From an uncultured Alphaproteobacteria bacterium (lineage in GTDB: Bacteria > Pseudomonadota > Alphaproteobacteria > Rs-D84): a stretch of DNA of 64,000 bases. A model generated the notes under the pieces. That model was not told the origin of the DNA, ran no database searches, and saw only the letters and a list, made by a program, of their open reading frames with translations. The stretch lies in contig CAMRSV010000003.1 in the NCBI GenBank assembly GCA_947053455.1, forward strand, positions 1 to 64,000, written 5' to 3'. Of the stretch, positions 47,144 through 57,391 are shown piece by piece (position 1 is the stretch's first letter; each line of letters begins with the position of its first letter). Position numbers and translations under genes: made by a program.

Positions 47144-49003
47144 TTATTTACAAGTATGTGTACCTACATCCCAGTTTTTGCCGGCCGCAACACAATCTTT
47201 AATTGCTTGGCTATTGGCGTTCAAATCAGGCATTTTAAATAGATTTTTTGCTGCCTTTTCGACTGGTCCCAGTGATTTTGTACCATCCGTCATATTAAAT
47301 TTACATTCACCATTTAAGTCCTCTGAATATCCAAATGGGCAACTACAAGTACTATTTAATGTCCAAATACCACCTGAATTCTTGCATTTACATTCGGCAG
47401 TTCCCGCCGCAATTGAAGTACTACAATAAGAACTGGTTTCAATAGTTGTATCACTAGTGACAGGACCTGTACCTATTTTTTTAGAATAAGTGGATTTTAA
47501 ATCTTTAACGCAAACTTTTTCTGGCAATTGTTTAAGATTAACCGCTTTCTGTAGTTCCGGTAATGTATTTTCATTTACCGCACAATAAATTACGCCGTCA
47601 TTTGCGGGTGTTGTATTTCCCCCAAACAGACCCGAACCGTATATCGCCGGCGCGTCCTGTTCAATTATGCGTTCCAGAATCTCAATATCGATTGACGCCT
47701 GTTTCTTGCGTTTACCGAATATTTTTGAATTATCCAACGCGGCCGACGCACATCCGACACGAATGCTGTCGTCACCGTTTTTCTCACCATCTAACCAATC
47801 ACGATAAACCTGATCCGAACTGCTTAATGTCTTATTCAATGTGCAATACATATCATCTTCAGCGGGGATAACCATGCCCATTGTACACGAATGCCCACCC
47901 TTGGCGCCATCACCCGCCACAGATTTGCCATTTATACAATTGCTATTATTGTATGTATATCTCTTGTTACCATTTTCTGGGTACGCGCATAAATACTGTC
48001 CCCAAATATTACAGCTGCCCTCTAGCATCATGTATATATCAGTAATATCAACACCAACAGACTGCGCGGTTGTCAACGCATCGTACATTTCACCCAAAAC
48101 ATCATTGTACGGTTCAAAGAATTGTTCCGCGCGGTCTTTAAACACTTTTACACGCTTGGGGCCGGCGCAATTATTTCCCTTTTTATCGCACCCAGCATAT
48201 TCAAATGCCGTTTCCATCGTCGCCTTTAGCGATTTCATTGCAACCTCGGCATTTTCAATTTTTGACAAGATTTCACCCGAAATCTGTTCACGCAACAATA
48301 TATCACTAGACACGCCATTTTGTGCGGCGGCAACCTGCGCCGCGGTTAATTGGTTTCCACCAGACGGACTTGCCACCATTTCAGCATTGGTGCCCGTAGC
48401 ACCCGCATTTGTGCTATTTTGCGCCATGGCATCGGCGGTTAATTGCTTCTGTTCATCCAATGCGGATTGCAACTGGGCAATCGCCTGGGCATTTTGTGCG
48501 GCCATTTCCGCCTGCATCTGCTGCATTTGCATCTGCATTTGCTGCATCTGCTGTGCGGACTGTTGTGCGGCGGCATTTTGCGCGGCCGCTGCGGCCTGTG
48601 CGGCGGACTCGTTCGCCTTGGCGGTAGATGACGCGACCAGTTGCGCCGAAATATATTGAACTAAATCATTTCCATATTGCTTACACGAGTCATTTGATTG
48701 AACACACCCCGACACAATTGACGCCGCAACATCCATTGATGTGCAACCACCGTTTGCACATTTTGGCTGTGCACAACGCAAAATCAATGCATTACAATTT
48801 CCGAAATCGGCCGTGGCCGGCGTTCCCACCGAATTTCGCGAATTGATAAGCGAATTCCAGTTATTGTTATTATTTGCACCCGAGGGATTAAAAGCCGTCA
48901 AATTATTGCCATTTGTGGTCGCAACCACAGCACGCGCGTCAAATGTCGGCGCAAAGGCAATCGCAGATATTGCGGACAATAAAATTAATGATACGCGTTT
49001 CAT
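47144..49003 (-). CDS. Large secreted Cys-rich protein with Q/M/A coiled coil and EGF-like module
   Basis: Signal peptide; QQMQQMQMQMQQMQAEM; CSCPFGYSEDLNGEC. Confidence 0.85.
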   Translation of the reverse strand: MKRVSLILLSAISAIAFAPTFDARAVVATTNGNNLTAFNPSGANNNNNWNSLINSRNSVGTPATADFGNCNALILRCAQPKCANGGCTSMDVAASIVSGCVQSNDSCKQYGNDLVQYISAQLVASSTAKANESAAQAAAAAQNAAAQQSAQQMQQMQMQMQQMQAEMAAQNAQAIAQLQSALDEQKQLTADAMAQNSTNAGATGTNAEMVASPSGGNQLTAAQVAAAQNGVSSDILLREQISGEILSKIENAEVAMKSLKATMETAFEYAGCDKKGNNCAGPKRVKVFKDRAEQFFEPYNDVLGEMYDALTTAQSVGVDITDIYMMLEGSCNIWGQYLCAYPENGNKRYTYNNSNCINGKSVAGDGAKGGHSCTMGMVIPAEDDMYCTLNKTLSSSDQVYRDWLDGEKNGDDSIRVGCASAALDNSKIFGKRKKQASIDIEILERIIEQDAPAIYGSGLFGGNTTPANDGVIYCAVNENTLPELQKAVNLKQLPEKVCVKDLKSTYSKKIGTGPVTSDTTIETSSYCSTSIAAGTAECKCKNSGGIWTLNSTCSCPFGYSEDLNGECKFNMTDGTKSLGPVEKAAKNLFKMPDLNANSQAIKDCVAAGKNWDVGTHTCK

Positions 49004-49244
49004 ATTCTCTCTTGCTCAAATTTTAACACAAAGTTCAAATAAAACAAAGCAAAAATACAACTTTTAATAGATAATGGCGATTAAATCAATCGCAACTATA
49101 TTCAAAACAACTTTACACCAAGCAGAAAAACACAACAAATTCAACCTTTAGGCGATTCATGTCCGCCAAACGACAAAAAATTAACATGATTATATTCATG
49201 CTTAAAATATTATTTATAAATTTGGAAAAACAAAAAGCGGCGGA

Positions 49245-49514
49245 TTATTTCCGTCGCTTTTTAACGTCGGGTTTTTCGCCCTCCAGAATTTTCATCTGCA
49301 TTTCCATAATGGTTTTCTCGCGGTCGCGTATAACTGCCAACAGACGATCATTTTCTAACTTTATATTATCCAGTTCACGACGACTAATCGACACCTGATT
49401 TGACAATTGCTTGTGCCGACCGCGATTAAACAATCCGGTAACCAGCGCCCCTACCAACGCACCGGAAGATGCACTCAATAAATCCGACAAAGTTTCAACC
49501 AATGGTATTGCCAT
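49245..49514 (-). CDS. Small membrane-anchored coiled-coil protein
   Basis: Hydrophobic GALVGALVTG segment, then a coiled coil and basic tail. Confidence 0.65.
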   Translation of the reverse strand: MAIPLVETLSDLLSASSGALVGALVTGLFNRGRHKQLSNQVSISRRELDNIKLENDRLLAVIRDREKTIMEMQMKILEGEKPDVKKRRK

Positions 49515-49548
49515 GCAGTAATCATACCCCAACATGGCACAAAACACA

Positions 49549-50166
49549 TTAGGCGTGTTTTCTTAAACCAGTTTTTCTGTCCACCCAGACTTCTTCGGCG
49601 GAAATTTCCATCATTGGCATGTCGGCCATGCTGTCTGAATATGAACGCACGACCCGTGGTACAAATTTGTTTTGAACCGCCCACGCATCCAAGGCACATA
49701 CTTTGTTCGCGCCCCAGCACAGAAATTTATACTTCCACGGCCGAGATTTTTCCATTTGTGAACACATAACCGCATCAAACTTTATATCCCGCACCAATCC
49801 CGGCAACAAATAATCCGGCGACGCAGAAATCAGTACAACTTTGCGCCCTGCATTACGTTCAATCTCCACCTGCTCCTTGGCCCAGCCAAAGCGTTCGCGT
49901 TTATGCTGCTTGATAAAACCGGGCGCAAATTTTTTCACCATATTTGGCGTTATAAAGCAACGCATAGTTTCGCGCCACCATGTACCGCCGGGGTTAAACA
50001 TGTGCGCCGCCGCCGCCACACCAATCACTGGCAAAAACAGCCATGGCCGCAGACTTTTACGAAAACAGTACTTTGCAAATTCTACATTTGAGTCGTGGGC
50101 GGACAATGTTCCGTCAAAATCAAACACGACAACATCAACTTTTTTTAACATTTTATTTATCCTCAT
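49549..50166 (-). CDS. HAD-IB family hydrolase
   Basis: FDFDGTL, LISAS, GANK, YSDSMADMP. Confidence 0.9.
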   Translation of the reverse strand: MRINKMLKKVDVVVFDFDGTLSAHDSNVEFAKYCFRKSLRPWLFLPVIGVAAAAHMFNPGGTWWRETMRCFITPNMVKKFAPGFIKQHKRERFGWAKEQVEIERNAGRKVVLISASPDYLLPGLVRDIKFDAVMCSQMEKSRPWKYKFLCWGANKVCALDAWAVQNKFVPRVVRSYSDSMADMPMMEISAEEVWVDRKTGLRKHA

Positions 50167-50255
50167 GTTTTACCATTCGTGGCATTATAGCAACCTTTTG
50201 CTTGCGCCGCAAATCTTATATTCATCAATAATAAACGGGGGCCCAGCCCCCGTTT

Positions 50256-53200
50256 TTATTTCTTTGATGCGTTTGTTTTTCTTTTCTTGAAACGCAGCGC
50301 GGCCTTAACCCGGCGACGCATTCCCTCCATCAGGAAGAACAGCGCAGGCGTCAGCACAAACGTCCAAACCAAGGACGCCGCCATACCGCCAATCATAACC
50401 GCGGCCATTGCGACCTTCATGCCGTCTGTCGACCACAATTGGGGCAACATACCTGTTATAACGGCGATTGACGTCATAAGAACCATGTTCTTTTTATCCG
50501 TCAATTCGGTCCACAAAGCAACGCGCGGGACGGCACCTTCGGATATGCGCTTTATCGTCGGTTCCAATACCAAAATATTGTTGTTAACCACCAATCCCAC
50601 CAACATAACAAATGCCAACATGGCGCCAACGTTCATTGATGCCCCAGACAGGAACAGCATCACAAACACCCCAGCAAAACTGGTTATAATTGACGTCGCA
50701 ATAGTCAACGGGTGAACCAATGAATTCAATATCGCCGCCAACAACATGAAGGTCAATATGGTCGCTAACAAGAACGCCTGGCCAATTTCACCGGTGGTTT
50801 CACTTTGCGTTTCGGACATGCCGCCGAACTGGGCATAGTAACCCATTTCCCATTCCATGGCGTCAAGGCCGGCCTGAATCTTTTGCTGAACCGGTCCCAT
50901 GGTGGATTTACCGATATTTATATCAATTTCGGTTATTCTGGTTTTATCCAGGCGGTTGATGTTTGATGTTGCCGGGATGCTTTTCACATCACCCAATTCG
51001 GACACAGCAACCATGCCCTTTTGCGAATTCACATAAACATTGTCAAACAACGCACCATTTTTAAACGGCTTGGCAAATTCCAGAATAATTGGATATTCTT
51101 CGCCATGTTCCTTGTACTTATAATCATCATTACCGTACAATGCCGCACGCAACGCCGAACCGGCATAAGAATTCGACACGCCCCAGAAATTCATTTTTGA
51201 CTGATCCGGAATAAACTGAATTTCATTATTCGGACTTGGCACGGCAAGAACCGCTGTCTGAACTTCGGGTATGCGGTTTATCATGTCTATTATTTGGGCA
51301 GCATATGCCTCGCGCTGGGCATCATCCTCGCCATAGATGTTCAAAACCATATCACTCGATACCGATGCTGACATTCCGGCGCCAGCCTTTATCTGAACCT
51401 CCAAATCCGGAATTTCCGTCAATTTCGGCAGAATTTCACGCGCCAGTTTTTTATCGGAAATCTTGCGCTTGCCTAATTCTTCAAGCGTTAATTTCACACT
51501 GATGTTATGCAGTCCGCGTTCACCAATTTTAACCGTTGAAGCTTTTACATCTGGAAATTCTTTCAACACTTCTTCAATTTGTGCCGCCAAATGTTCAGAC
51601 TTCTCGTATGTTGCACCCATTGGCGCACGCGCGGTTATCGTAATTTCATTTGTATCGGTCGACGGTGAAAATTCATTTCCGACAAACCGCATCAGGAATG
51701 TTGACGCAATCAATACAGCAAACGCCCCCAAAACAACGCGCCCCGGATGCCGGAACTGATAATCAAACCATTGGCGCAACGGCGTCTTTTCCATATCAAC
51801 CGGGGTGGCGACAACTGGTGACTTGCCCTCTTTGGGTGCGGAAAGGCGCAAAAATTTCGCAATCATCATCGGCGCCAGCGTGAACGAGAACATAAGCGAT
51901 AGCAATGTCAGATATACAACCGTCATACCAAACTGCGCCATAAACTGACCTGCAATCCCACCCATAAATGCCAGCGGCAAGAATACCACAACATTTGTTC
52001 CGACACCCGCCAGAACAGAAACGGCCACTTTCTTTGTACCATCAATAGCAGAAATTTCGGGATTCTTACCTCTTTTCATTTCCTGTAACGCGGATTCAAT
52101 CAAAATAATTGCGTTTGATACCAATGTACCTAGTGCGGACGAATACGCCAACAGGGTCATGGCATTGATTGTAAAACCGTTACCATCCATAAAGAAGAAT
52201 CCGGCAATCAACGATGCGGGAATCACGACGCCCGCAATAATTGTCGAACGCCAATTACGTGTAAACGCCAACAATACCAAAACCGTAAATATAATACCCA
52301 GAACAATTCCCCAAATCGTGCTATATGTTTCGTCTAGAATTGATGTGGATGAATCAGACACAATCTGCATTTCGGCCCCAGGGAAACGCGTCTGCATATC
52401 AGCAATCATGCCCGGCATGCGTTCACGCAAAGCCTCTGAAATCTTAATTGCGTTTCCATCAGATGATTTTACAACCGATGCAATAACGACGTTTTCACCA
52501 TTATAACGCGCACCATTTTCAATATCGCGCGCGGCGTCGACTACGGTTGCAATATCAGAAATTTTGAACTTTTGACCCTCCATCGTAACGATTTGTACGT
52601 TTTCGATTTCTTCAACTGATTTGAATTCACCGATAAACCGAACATTTGACGAACCCGTTCCACTTTCAATTTTTCCGCCCGGCACATTCAAGTTTTTATT
52701 CCCCAGCGCTGAAACTATATCAATAATCGTAACACCACGAGCCGCCATCATATCCGGATCCATTTGAATGCGAACTGCGCGTTCACGGCCGCCGAATACA
52801 GATACGCTTGCAACACCGTTTATAGCGGTTATCTTGTTCGAAAGTATATTGTCCACATATTCTTCCAAATCACGTGCGTCTGCACCACGTAAAACAATGT
52901 CCACAACCGATTCCTGCAGTGGGTTTAGTTTTTCAACAACCGGCTGCTTTAGCGCGTCTGGAAATTCGGATGCCAATGCGTCAATTTTTGTTTTGACTTC
53001 TGACGCCTTGTCGTTAACGTTCACGCCCAAATTAAATTCCGCCATAACATACCCGCCGTTTTCAAACGCCTGGGACGTGATTTTTTTCAGACTGGCAACT
53101 TCAGAAATCGCATCTTCAGCCTTTTTGACTACCTGGGATTCAATTTCGGACGGTTCGGCACCCGGATACACGAATGTCGCCGTAACCATCGGGAAATCCA

Positions 53201-53312
53201 GCGACGGCGTACGTTCGATATTCATTTTCGGAAAAGACACCAATCCCAACACAACCCAGAATAACACAAACATAAGCGTGGTAATCGGGCGTGTGACGAA
53301 AAACTTTAACAT
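50256..53312 (-). CDS. RND permease (AcrB/HAE1-like) with atypical TM core
   Basis: FVTRPI, YPGAEPSEIE, N.PGG and two-repeat 12-TM architecture. Confidence 0.93.
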   Translation of the reverse strand: MLKFFVTRPITTLMFVLFWVVLGLVSFPKMNIERTPSLDFPMVTATFVYPGAEPSEIESQVVKKAEDAISEVASLKKITSQAFENGGYVMAEFNLGVNVNDKASEVKTKIDALASEFPDALKQPVVEKLNPLQESVVDIVLRGADARDLEEYVDNILSNKITAINGVASVSVFGGRERAVRIQMDPDMMAARGVTIIDIVSALGNKNLNVPGGKIESGTGSSNVRFIGEFKSVEEIENVQIVTMEGQKFKISDIATVVDAARDIENGARYNGENVVIASVVKSSDGNAIKISEALRERMPGMIADMQTRFPGAEMQIVSDSSTSILDETYSTIWGIVLGIIFTVLVLLAFTRNWRSTIIAGVVIPASLIAGFFFMDGNGFTINAMTLLAYSSALGTLVSNAIILIESALQEMKRGKNPEISAIDGTKKVAVSVLAGVGTNVVVFLPLAFMGGIAGQFMAQFGMTVVYLTLLSLMFSFTLAPMMIAKFLRLSAPKEGKSPVVATPVDMEKTPLRQWFDYQFRHPGRVVLGAFAVLIASTFLMRFVGNEFSPSTDTNEITITARAPMGATYEKSEHLAAQIEEVLKEFPDVKASTVKIGERGLHNISVKLTLEELGKRKISDKKLAREILPKLTEIPDLEVQIKAGAGMSASVSSDMVLNIYGEDDAQREAYAAQIIDMINRIPEVQTAVLAVPSPNNEIQFIPDQSKMNFWGVSNSYAGSALRAALYGNDDYKYKEHGEEYPIILEFAKPFKNGALFDNVYVNSQKGMVAVSELGDVKSIPATSNINRLDKTRITEIDINIGKSTMGPVQQKIQAGLDAMEWEMGYYAQFGGMSETQSETTGEIGQAFLLATILTFMLLAAILNSLVHPLTIATSIITSFAGVFVMLFLSGASMNVGAMLAFVMLVGLVVNNNILVLEPTIKRISEGAVPRVALWTELTDKKNMVLMTSIAVITGMLPQLWSTDGMKVAMAAVMIGGMAASLVWTFVLTPALFFLMEGMRRRVKAALRFKKRKTNASKK

Positions 53313-53342
53313 TTGATATTCTCCTATCCTTGATATAAAAAC

Positions 53343-53963
53343 TTATTTCTTTATTTTGACTTTCACACCATCACCAACGCGCGACAATATCACCATATCG
53401 CCATCGCGCAAACCGTCGACAATGACCGCGGTATCGGCATCGGTACGCGCAACATTGACATGACGCCGCACCGCCCGGCCACCGTCAACGACGAATACGT
53501 CACTGCCAACAACAGCATAGGCCGGAACAAAGAAACCGTGCATTTCATATTCTGCATAATTCATACCGTCCGAAACCCCACGCGTACGGACTGTATGCAT
53601 TCCTGTGTCCAAATCAATGCCACGCGACACGGAAACAATAACACCGTCGCCAATTTTCTGTCCCGGTTTTAACACACCGACGCGACCACTGGATACCATT
53701 GCACGATTGGCTTTTACGGTCACAGGTTCGGTCAAAACACCAGATGTGTTTTTAACCTCTATAACTTCGACAATCTGTCCAGAATCTGCCGCTGCACGCG
53801 CCGGATTAAACACAAACAGCCGGTTTTCCGCTGCAACCATCGCAAAACGACCGATTACCCACAACACTACGATTAAAACCAATACCGCATAGATTCTTTT
53901 TTTGTTTCGCGGACGCTTTGACCATGTTTTTAATTGTTCAAATCTTTCCAATAATGCTTCCAT
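53343..53963 (-). CDS. Minimal periplasmic adaptor (MFP-like) lacking the hairpin
   Basis: TM anchor; LKPGQK..G.IVSVS..ID..TG beta-barrel; VP..AVV, VFVV, GLRDGDMVI membrane-proximal motifs; operon position. Confidence 0.75.
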   Translation of the reverse strand: MEALLERFEQLKTWSKRPRNKKRIYAVLVLIVVLWVIGRFAMVAAENRLFVFNPARAAADSGQIVEVIEVKNTSGVLTEPVTVKANRAMVSSGRVGVLKPGQKIGDGVIVSVSRGIDLDTGMHTVRTRGVSDGMNYAEYEMHGFFVPAYAVVGSDVFVVDGGRAVRRHVNVARTDADTAVIVDGLRDGDMVILSRVGDGVKVKIKK

Positions 53964-53965
53964 TT

Positions 53966-55297
53966 TTATTCACCAAGTTTTTTGATTGATTCAACAGACA
54001 TTAAAATGCCGTACTTTGCCTGCAGTAACGCTGTATCTAATTGGTATAGGCCTGCAGACACCTCGGCCAATTCGACGGCCGACGTCTGACCTGCGGCAAA
54101 ACGTTCGGTTGAAAACTGATACGCCTTTGCCGCCAAATTGCGCGCATTTTCCAGTGTCGCCAAATTATCGCGCAAATGGTTGTATCTCTTTATCGCGTTG
54201 TCATATTCTTCTGTCTTTAGTTTTTTTGACTTATATAAATCTTGACGCGCCGATTCTGCATCCATGGCGTCCATGGTTGCGTTTGCGCGATGCAGTCCAC
54301 CGCTAAACAACGGCATTTGCAACGCCAATCCCCAATACGCCGACTGCGACCCCTTATTATTAAACATTGTATCAAATTCGTTGCCCATGGCGAAATAGCT
54401 GTACGATGCCGTCGCCGCCAATGTCGGCAGATATTCGGCCCGCGATGACTTTGCCTTGGATTCATACATTTTCACCTGTCCGGCCAGAATGTCCCATTCA
54501 GGCGTGTTTTCCAATTTTTTAGCATCCAGTTCCGGAAAAGATTTCGGAAAGTTGTCGGTAAGTGTGATTTCTTCGTTCGCATCTATACCCGCCAAAATTT
54601 TAAGCATGCGGTACGCGGTGTCGCGATTAAATTCTGCATTAGACAGGTTGATTTCCTTGGTCGCGATATCAGATTCAATTTTAACCAGATTGCTACGGCT
54701 TGCACGTCCCGCAGCACCCAGATTACGACGCGCATTACGAGCCGCCTGCAAATCAGATTTTGCGATTTTTACAATATCATCGGTCATTTTTGCCGTCCAA
54801 TACAAATCCGTCGCGCTGTACTTAACCTCGCGGCGAACCATTTCACGACTGGACTCGGACATTTTTATGGCGGCCTTTACACTTTTTACCGCGTTACCAA
54901 TTTTACCGAATGTATAAATCGGCTGACTGACACTAACACCAGCGGAAAACATATTATCCGGGATTTCCAGATATACCGCCTGATTTGCCAACGACTCGTC
55001 AATTAGCGCACCAAGTTGGGACGGCAATGTTATGCCGCTTGCCTTGGACGGATTTTCAACATTAACCATGTTCATGTACGTTGCTGATGCATCTATCTTG
55101 AACCACCGGTTCGCATTCACGGCATCTAACTGCGCTGTGGCCTTTTTCACATTGGCCTCGGCCTTTTTCAAATCTTCCGATTCGTGCAAAATCATGTCCA
55201 CTGCGGTATTCAACGACAAATCCATCGCAATGGCGCCGCGCGAAAACACACACGTACACAATGCGCACGCAATAAACGCAAATCGCTTGTTAAGCAT
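53966..55297 (-). CDS. TolC-family outer-membrane channel
   Basis: LSLNTAV, VSQPIYTFGK, YLPTL, LQMPLFSGG, RFAAGQTSAVEL. Confidence 0.92.
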   Translation of the reverse strand: MLNKRFAFIACALCTCVFSRGAIAMDLSLNTAVDMILHESEDLKKAEANVKKATAQLDAVNANRWFKIDASATYMNMVNVENPSKASGITLPSQLGALIDESLANQAVYLEIPDNMFSAGVSVSQPIYTFGKIGNAVKSVKAAIKMSESSREMVRREVKYSATDLYWTAKMTDDIVKIAKSDLQAARNARRNLGAAGRASRSNLVKIESDIATKEINLSNAEFNRDTAYRMLKILAGIDANEEITLTDNFPKSFPELDAKKLENTPEWDILAGQVKMYESKAKSSRAEYLPTLAATASYSYFAMGNEFDTMFNNKGSQSAYWGLALQMPLFSGGLHRANATMDAMDAESARQDLYKSKKLKTEEYDNAIKRYNHLRDNLATLENARNLAAKAYQFSTERFAAGQTSAVELAEVSAGLYQLDTALLQAKYGILMSVESIKKLGE

Positions 55298-55739
55298 TTT
55301 CCAACTCCATATTTGTTAAAATCTTTTCAATCTCCCGCAGGGCATTGGTAAAACGCGCCTCGTCCTTTTGGGAAAGGTCGCTGAACATTTTTTCAATGCC
55401 GCCACGAAATTTTTCCAATGCGGCGGCCGCCAAATCTGCGCCGGGGGCGGTGCATTCATACCACGTATTGCGGCGGTCTGTTTCATCAACCGTGCGCGAA
55501 ACAAATCCGTCGCGTTCCAGTTTGCGAAATGCCGCACACAAATTTGGCGTGGTAATTTGCTCGCAACGCGCAATATCTTTCAAGCGCGTACGCCCGCTGA
55601 CATACAGTCGCACCAGAATATTTAATTGCTGTCTTGGCAATGTTGGTGACTGTGTGGGTTCTTTCTTTAGTTTATATGCCAGTTTGTCCAACAATAAAAT
55701 ATTGTTTTCCATTAACTGAACAAATTCCTTGCGCGCCAT
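55290..55739 (-). CDS. MarR-family regulator
   Basis: KLERDGFVSR..DETDRR; heads the efflux operon; AT-rich palindrome ATAATTAA-N8-TTAATTGT at 55756-55779 is a candidate operator. Confidence 0.92.
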   Translation of the reverse strand: MARKEFVQLMENNILLLDKLAYKLKKEPTQSPTLPRQQLNILVRLYVSGRTRLKDIARCEQITTPNLCAAFRKLERDGFVSRTVDETDRRNTWYECTAPGADLAAAALEKFRGGIEKMFSDLSQKDEARFTNALREIEKILTNMELENA

Positions 55740-55912
55740 ATAATTATCCTTTATAATAATTAATGAAGTATTTAATTGTTAAAAATCCGAATAATTATAT
55801 ATTTTAATAAATTTATTGCAAGCAAAAAATTCCCAATTTTTTATTTTTATTCCCAGGGCTGGATTTTTGTTATTGCAAAACGCGCAAAGATAATTATAAT
55901 CAGTAACGCTTT

Positions 55913-55986
55913 TGGGGTGTCGTCTAATGGTAGGACAAGAGATTTTGGTTCTCTTTATCATGGTTCGAATCCGTGCGCCCCAACCA
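55913..55986 (+). tRNA. tRNA-Gln(TTG)
   Basis: TGGGGTG/CGCCCCA acceptor; AGAGA-TTTTGGT-TCTCT anticodon arm; GGTTCGAATCC; CCA. Confidence 0.96.
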
Positions 55987-56176
55987 AGATAGACAAGACC
56001 GCCCAAAAGGGCGGTTTTCATCATGATGGCGACGAACGCCAATCATTCCGAATGCCAGATGGAAAATATGTAAATCAGTGCAGGTTTTCTAAACTTATCA
56101 CTGAATATGAAAAGTCCCAGCGTTAAAAAACTTGAAAATCAATAAAAAATCCGCCCGCTGGGCGGTTTTAATCTTC

Positions 56177-56251
56177 TGGCAGTCCCAACGGGAATCGAAC
56201 CCGTGTTACCGGAATGAGAATCCGATGTCCTAACCGCTAGACGATGGGACC
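56177..56251 (-). tRNA. tRNA-Glu(CTC)
   Basis: GGTCCCATCGTCTAGCGGTTAGGACATCGGATTCTCATTCCGGTAACACGGGTTCGATTCCCGTTGGGACTGCCA. Confidence 0.96.
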
Positions 56252-56394
56252 AAGATACAAAAGACCTTATAATATATTAAAAAGGATTTCAATCGTTTTT
56301 ATCGCCATAGGCACAAGAAAAAATTGACAAATTTTATTTTGTGCTTGAAATTTTGATTTTTTGAACTATATTTTTGTTAAAAGGAAAATTCAAC

Positions 56395-56997
56395 ATGAAT
56401 AATAAAAGTAAATATTTAATGATTTTTGCCAGTCTAACATTTGCTGCGTGGAATATCAAATGCACCCAGCAACACAAAAGCAATGAAGCACATACCATTG
56501 CAACCATAGACAATGAAATCGGTACATTAAGATACCGCATTGATTCAATTCGCACAAACGTTTCGCGTCAAATCCAAGATTCATTGTCAATGTGTGGACA
56601 GTACATTTATATTCGGGAAAATCGTGAAAAGGTTGAACAGCTGGCCGAAGAAAACAAAGAAATACTAAAAAAAGTCTATAATTTGGTAAAACGTCAGTCA
56701 CCTTTTAATATCCCCAAATGCAACGAAACCCTGTTTACAGAAAATGCCGATATGGGTTACCTGCCACGGAACGAAGTTGATTACATCAACTATGCACGTC
56801 AAATCTATTTTTCAAACAAACGCAAGATTACAAAGTTCAACAAGGCAGAGGCAGCCCTGAAACAAATAGAGCCATCCATCCGCAACCACTTTGGTCAGCA
56901 TGCTATTGCACAAATATCCGACATGCAATTGCAAATTGATTCCCTGCTGAATAAAAAAATTGCCGTGCTAAATGGAGGCGCAGCAAAACAAAAATAA
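56395..56997 (+). CDS. Hypothetical membrane-anchored helical protein
   Basis: AAGGA RBS; N-terminal hydrophobic segment; coiled-coil character. Confidence 0.7.
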   Translation: MNNKSKYLMIFASLTFAAWNIKCTQQHKSNEAHTIATIDNEIGTLRYRIDSIRTNVSRQIQDSLSMCGQYIYIRENREKVEQLAEENKEILKKVYNLVKRQSPFNIPKCNETLFTENADMGYLPRNEVDYINYARQIYFSNKRKITKFNKAEAALKQIEPSIRNHFGQHAIAQISDMQLQIDSLLNKKIAVLNGGAAKQK

Positions 56998-57047
56998 AAA
57001 TCACTAATTGATTTTTGCATATAAAAAAACCGCCAACGGCGGTTTTT

Positions 57048-57200
57048 TTAATTGGCGGCGGTAACGGCCAATCTTTTACGACCCGCCGCGCGACGACGGC
57101 TTAACACCGCGCGTCCGCTTTTCGTCGACATTCTTTCACGGAATCCGTGTGTACGCACACGGCGTGTTTTCGACGGTTGATAAGTACGTTTTGTTGCCAT
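57048..57200 (-). CDS. rpmH: 50S ribosomal protein L34; not in the ORF track
   Basis: Hand translation [50 protein letters not shown]. Confidence 0.97.
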   Translation of the reverse strand: MATKRTYQPSKTRRVRTHGFRERMSTKSGRAVLSRRRAAGRKRLAVTAAN

Positions 57201-57256
57201 AACTAAATCCTTTTGTGCGCATATTTAAGCATATGTTTTATTAAAACGCAACCTTT

Positions 57257-57382
57257 TTATTTAGATTTTTGTAAAATGCCCGCTTTTTCCAGCGCTAATA
57301 CAAATAATTCCCAAATAAACAGGTACACCAATGCCGAATGTAATATCGGCCCCCAATGACTAACCAACAAAGCCGGTTCCAT
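57257..57382 (-). CDS. Putative 41-aa single-TM small protein; not in the ORF track
   Basis: MEPALLVSHWGPILHSALVYLFIWELFVLALEKAGILQKSK with a GGGGA RBS. Confidence 0.5.
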   Translation of the reverse strand: MEPALLVSHWGPILHSALVYLFIWELFVLALEKAGILQKSK

Positions 57383-57391
57383 CTTTATCCC

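Noticed and set aside
55776-56126. ORFs 55776..56126 and 55779..56042 (also 1501..1818)
   Set aside because: They overlap clear tRNA genes.
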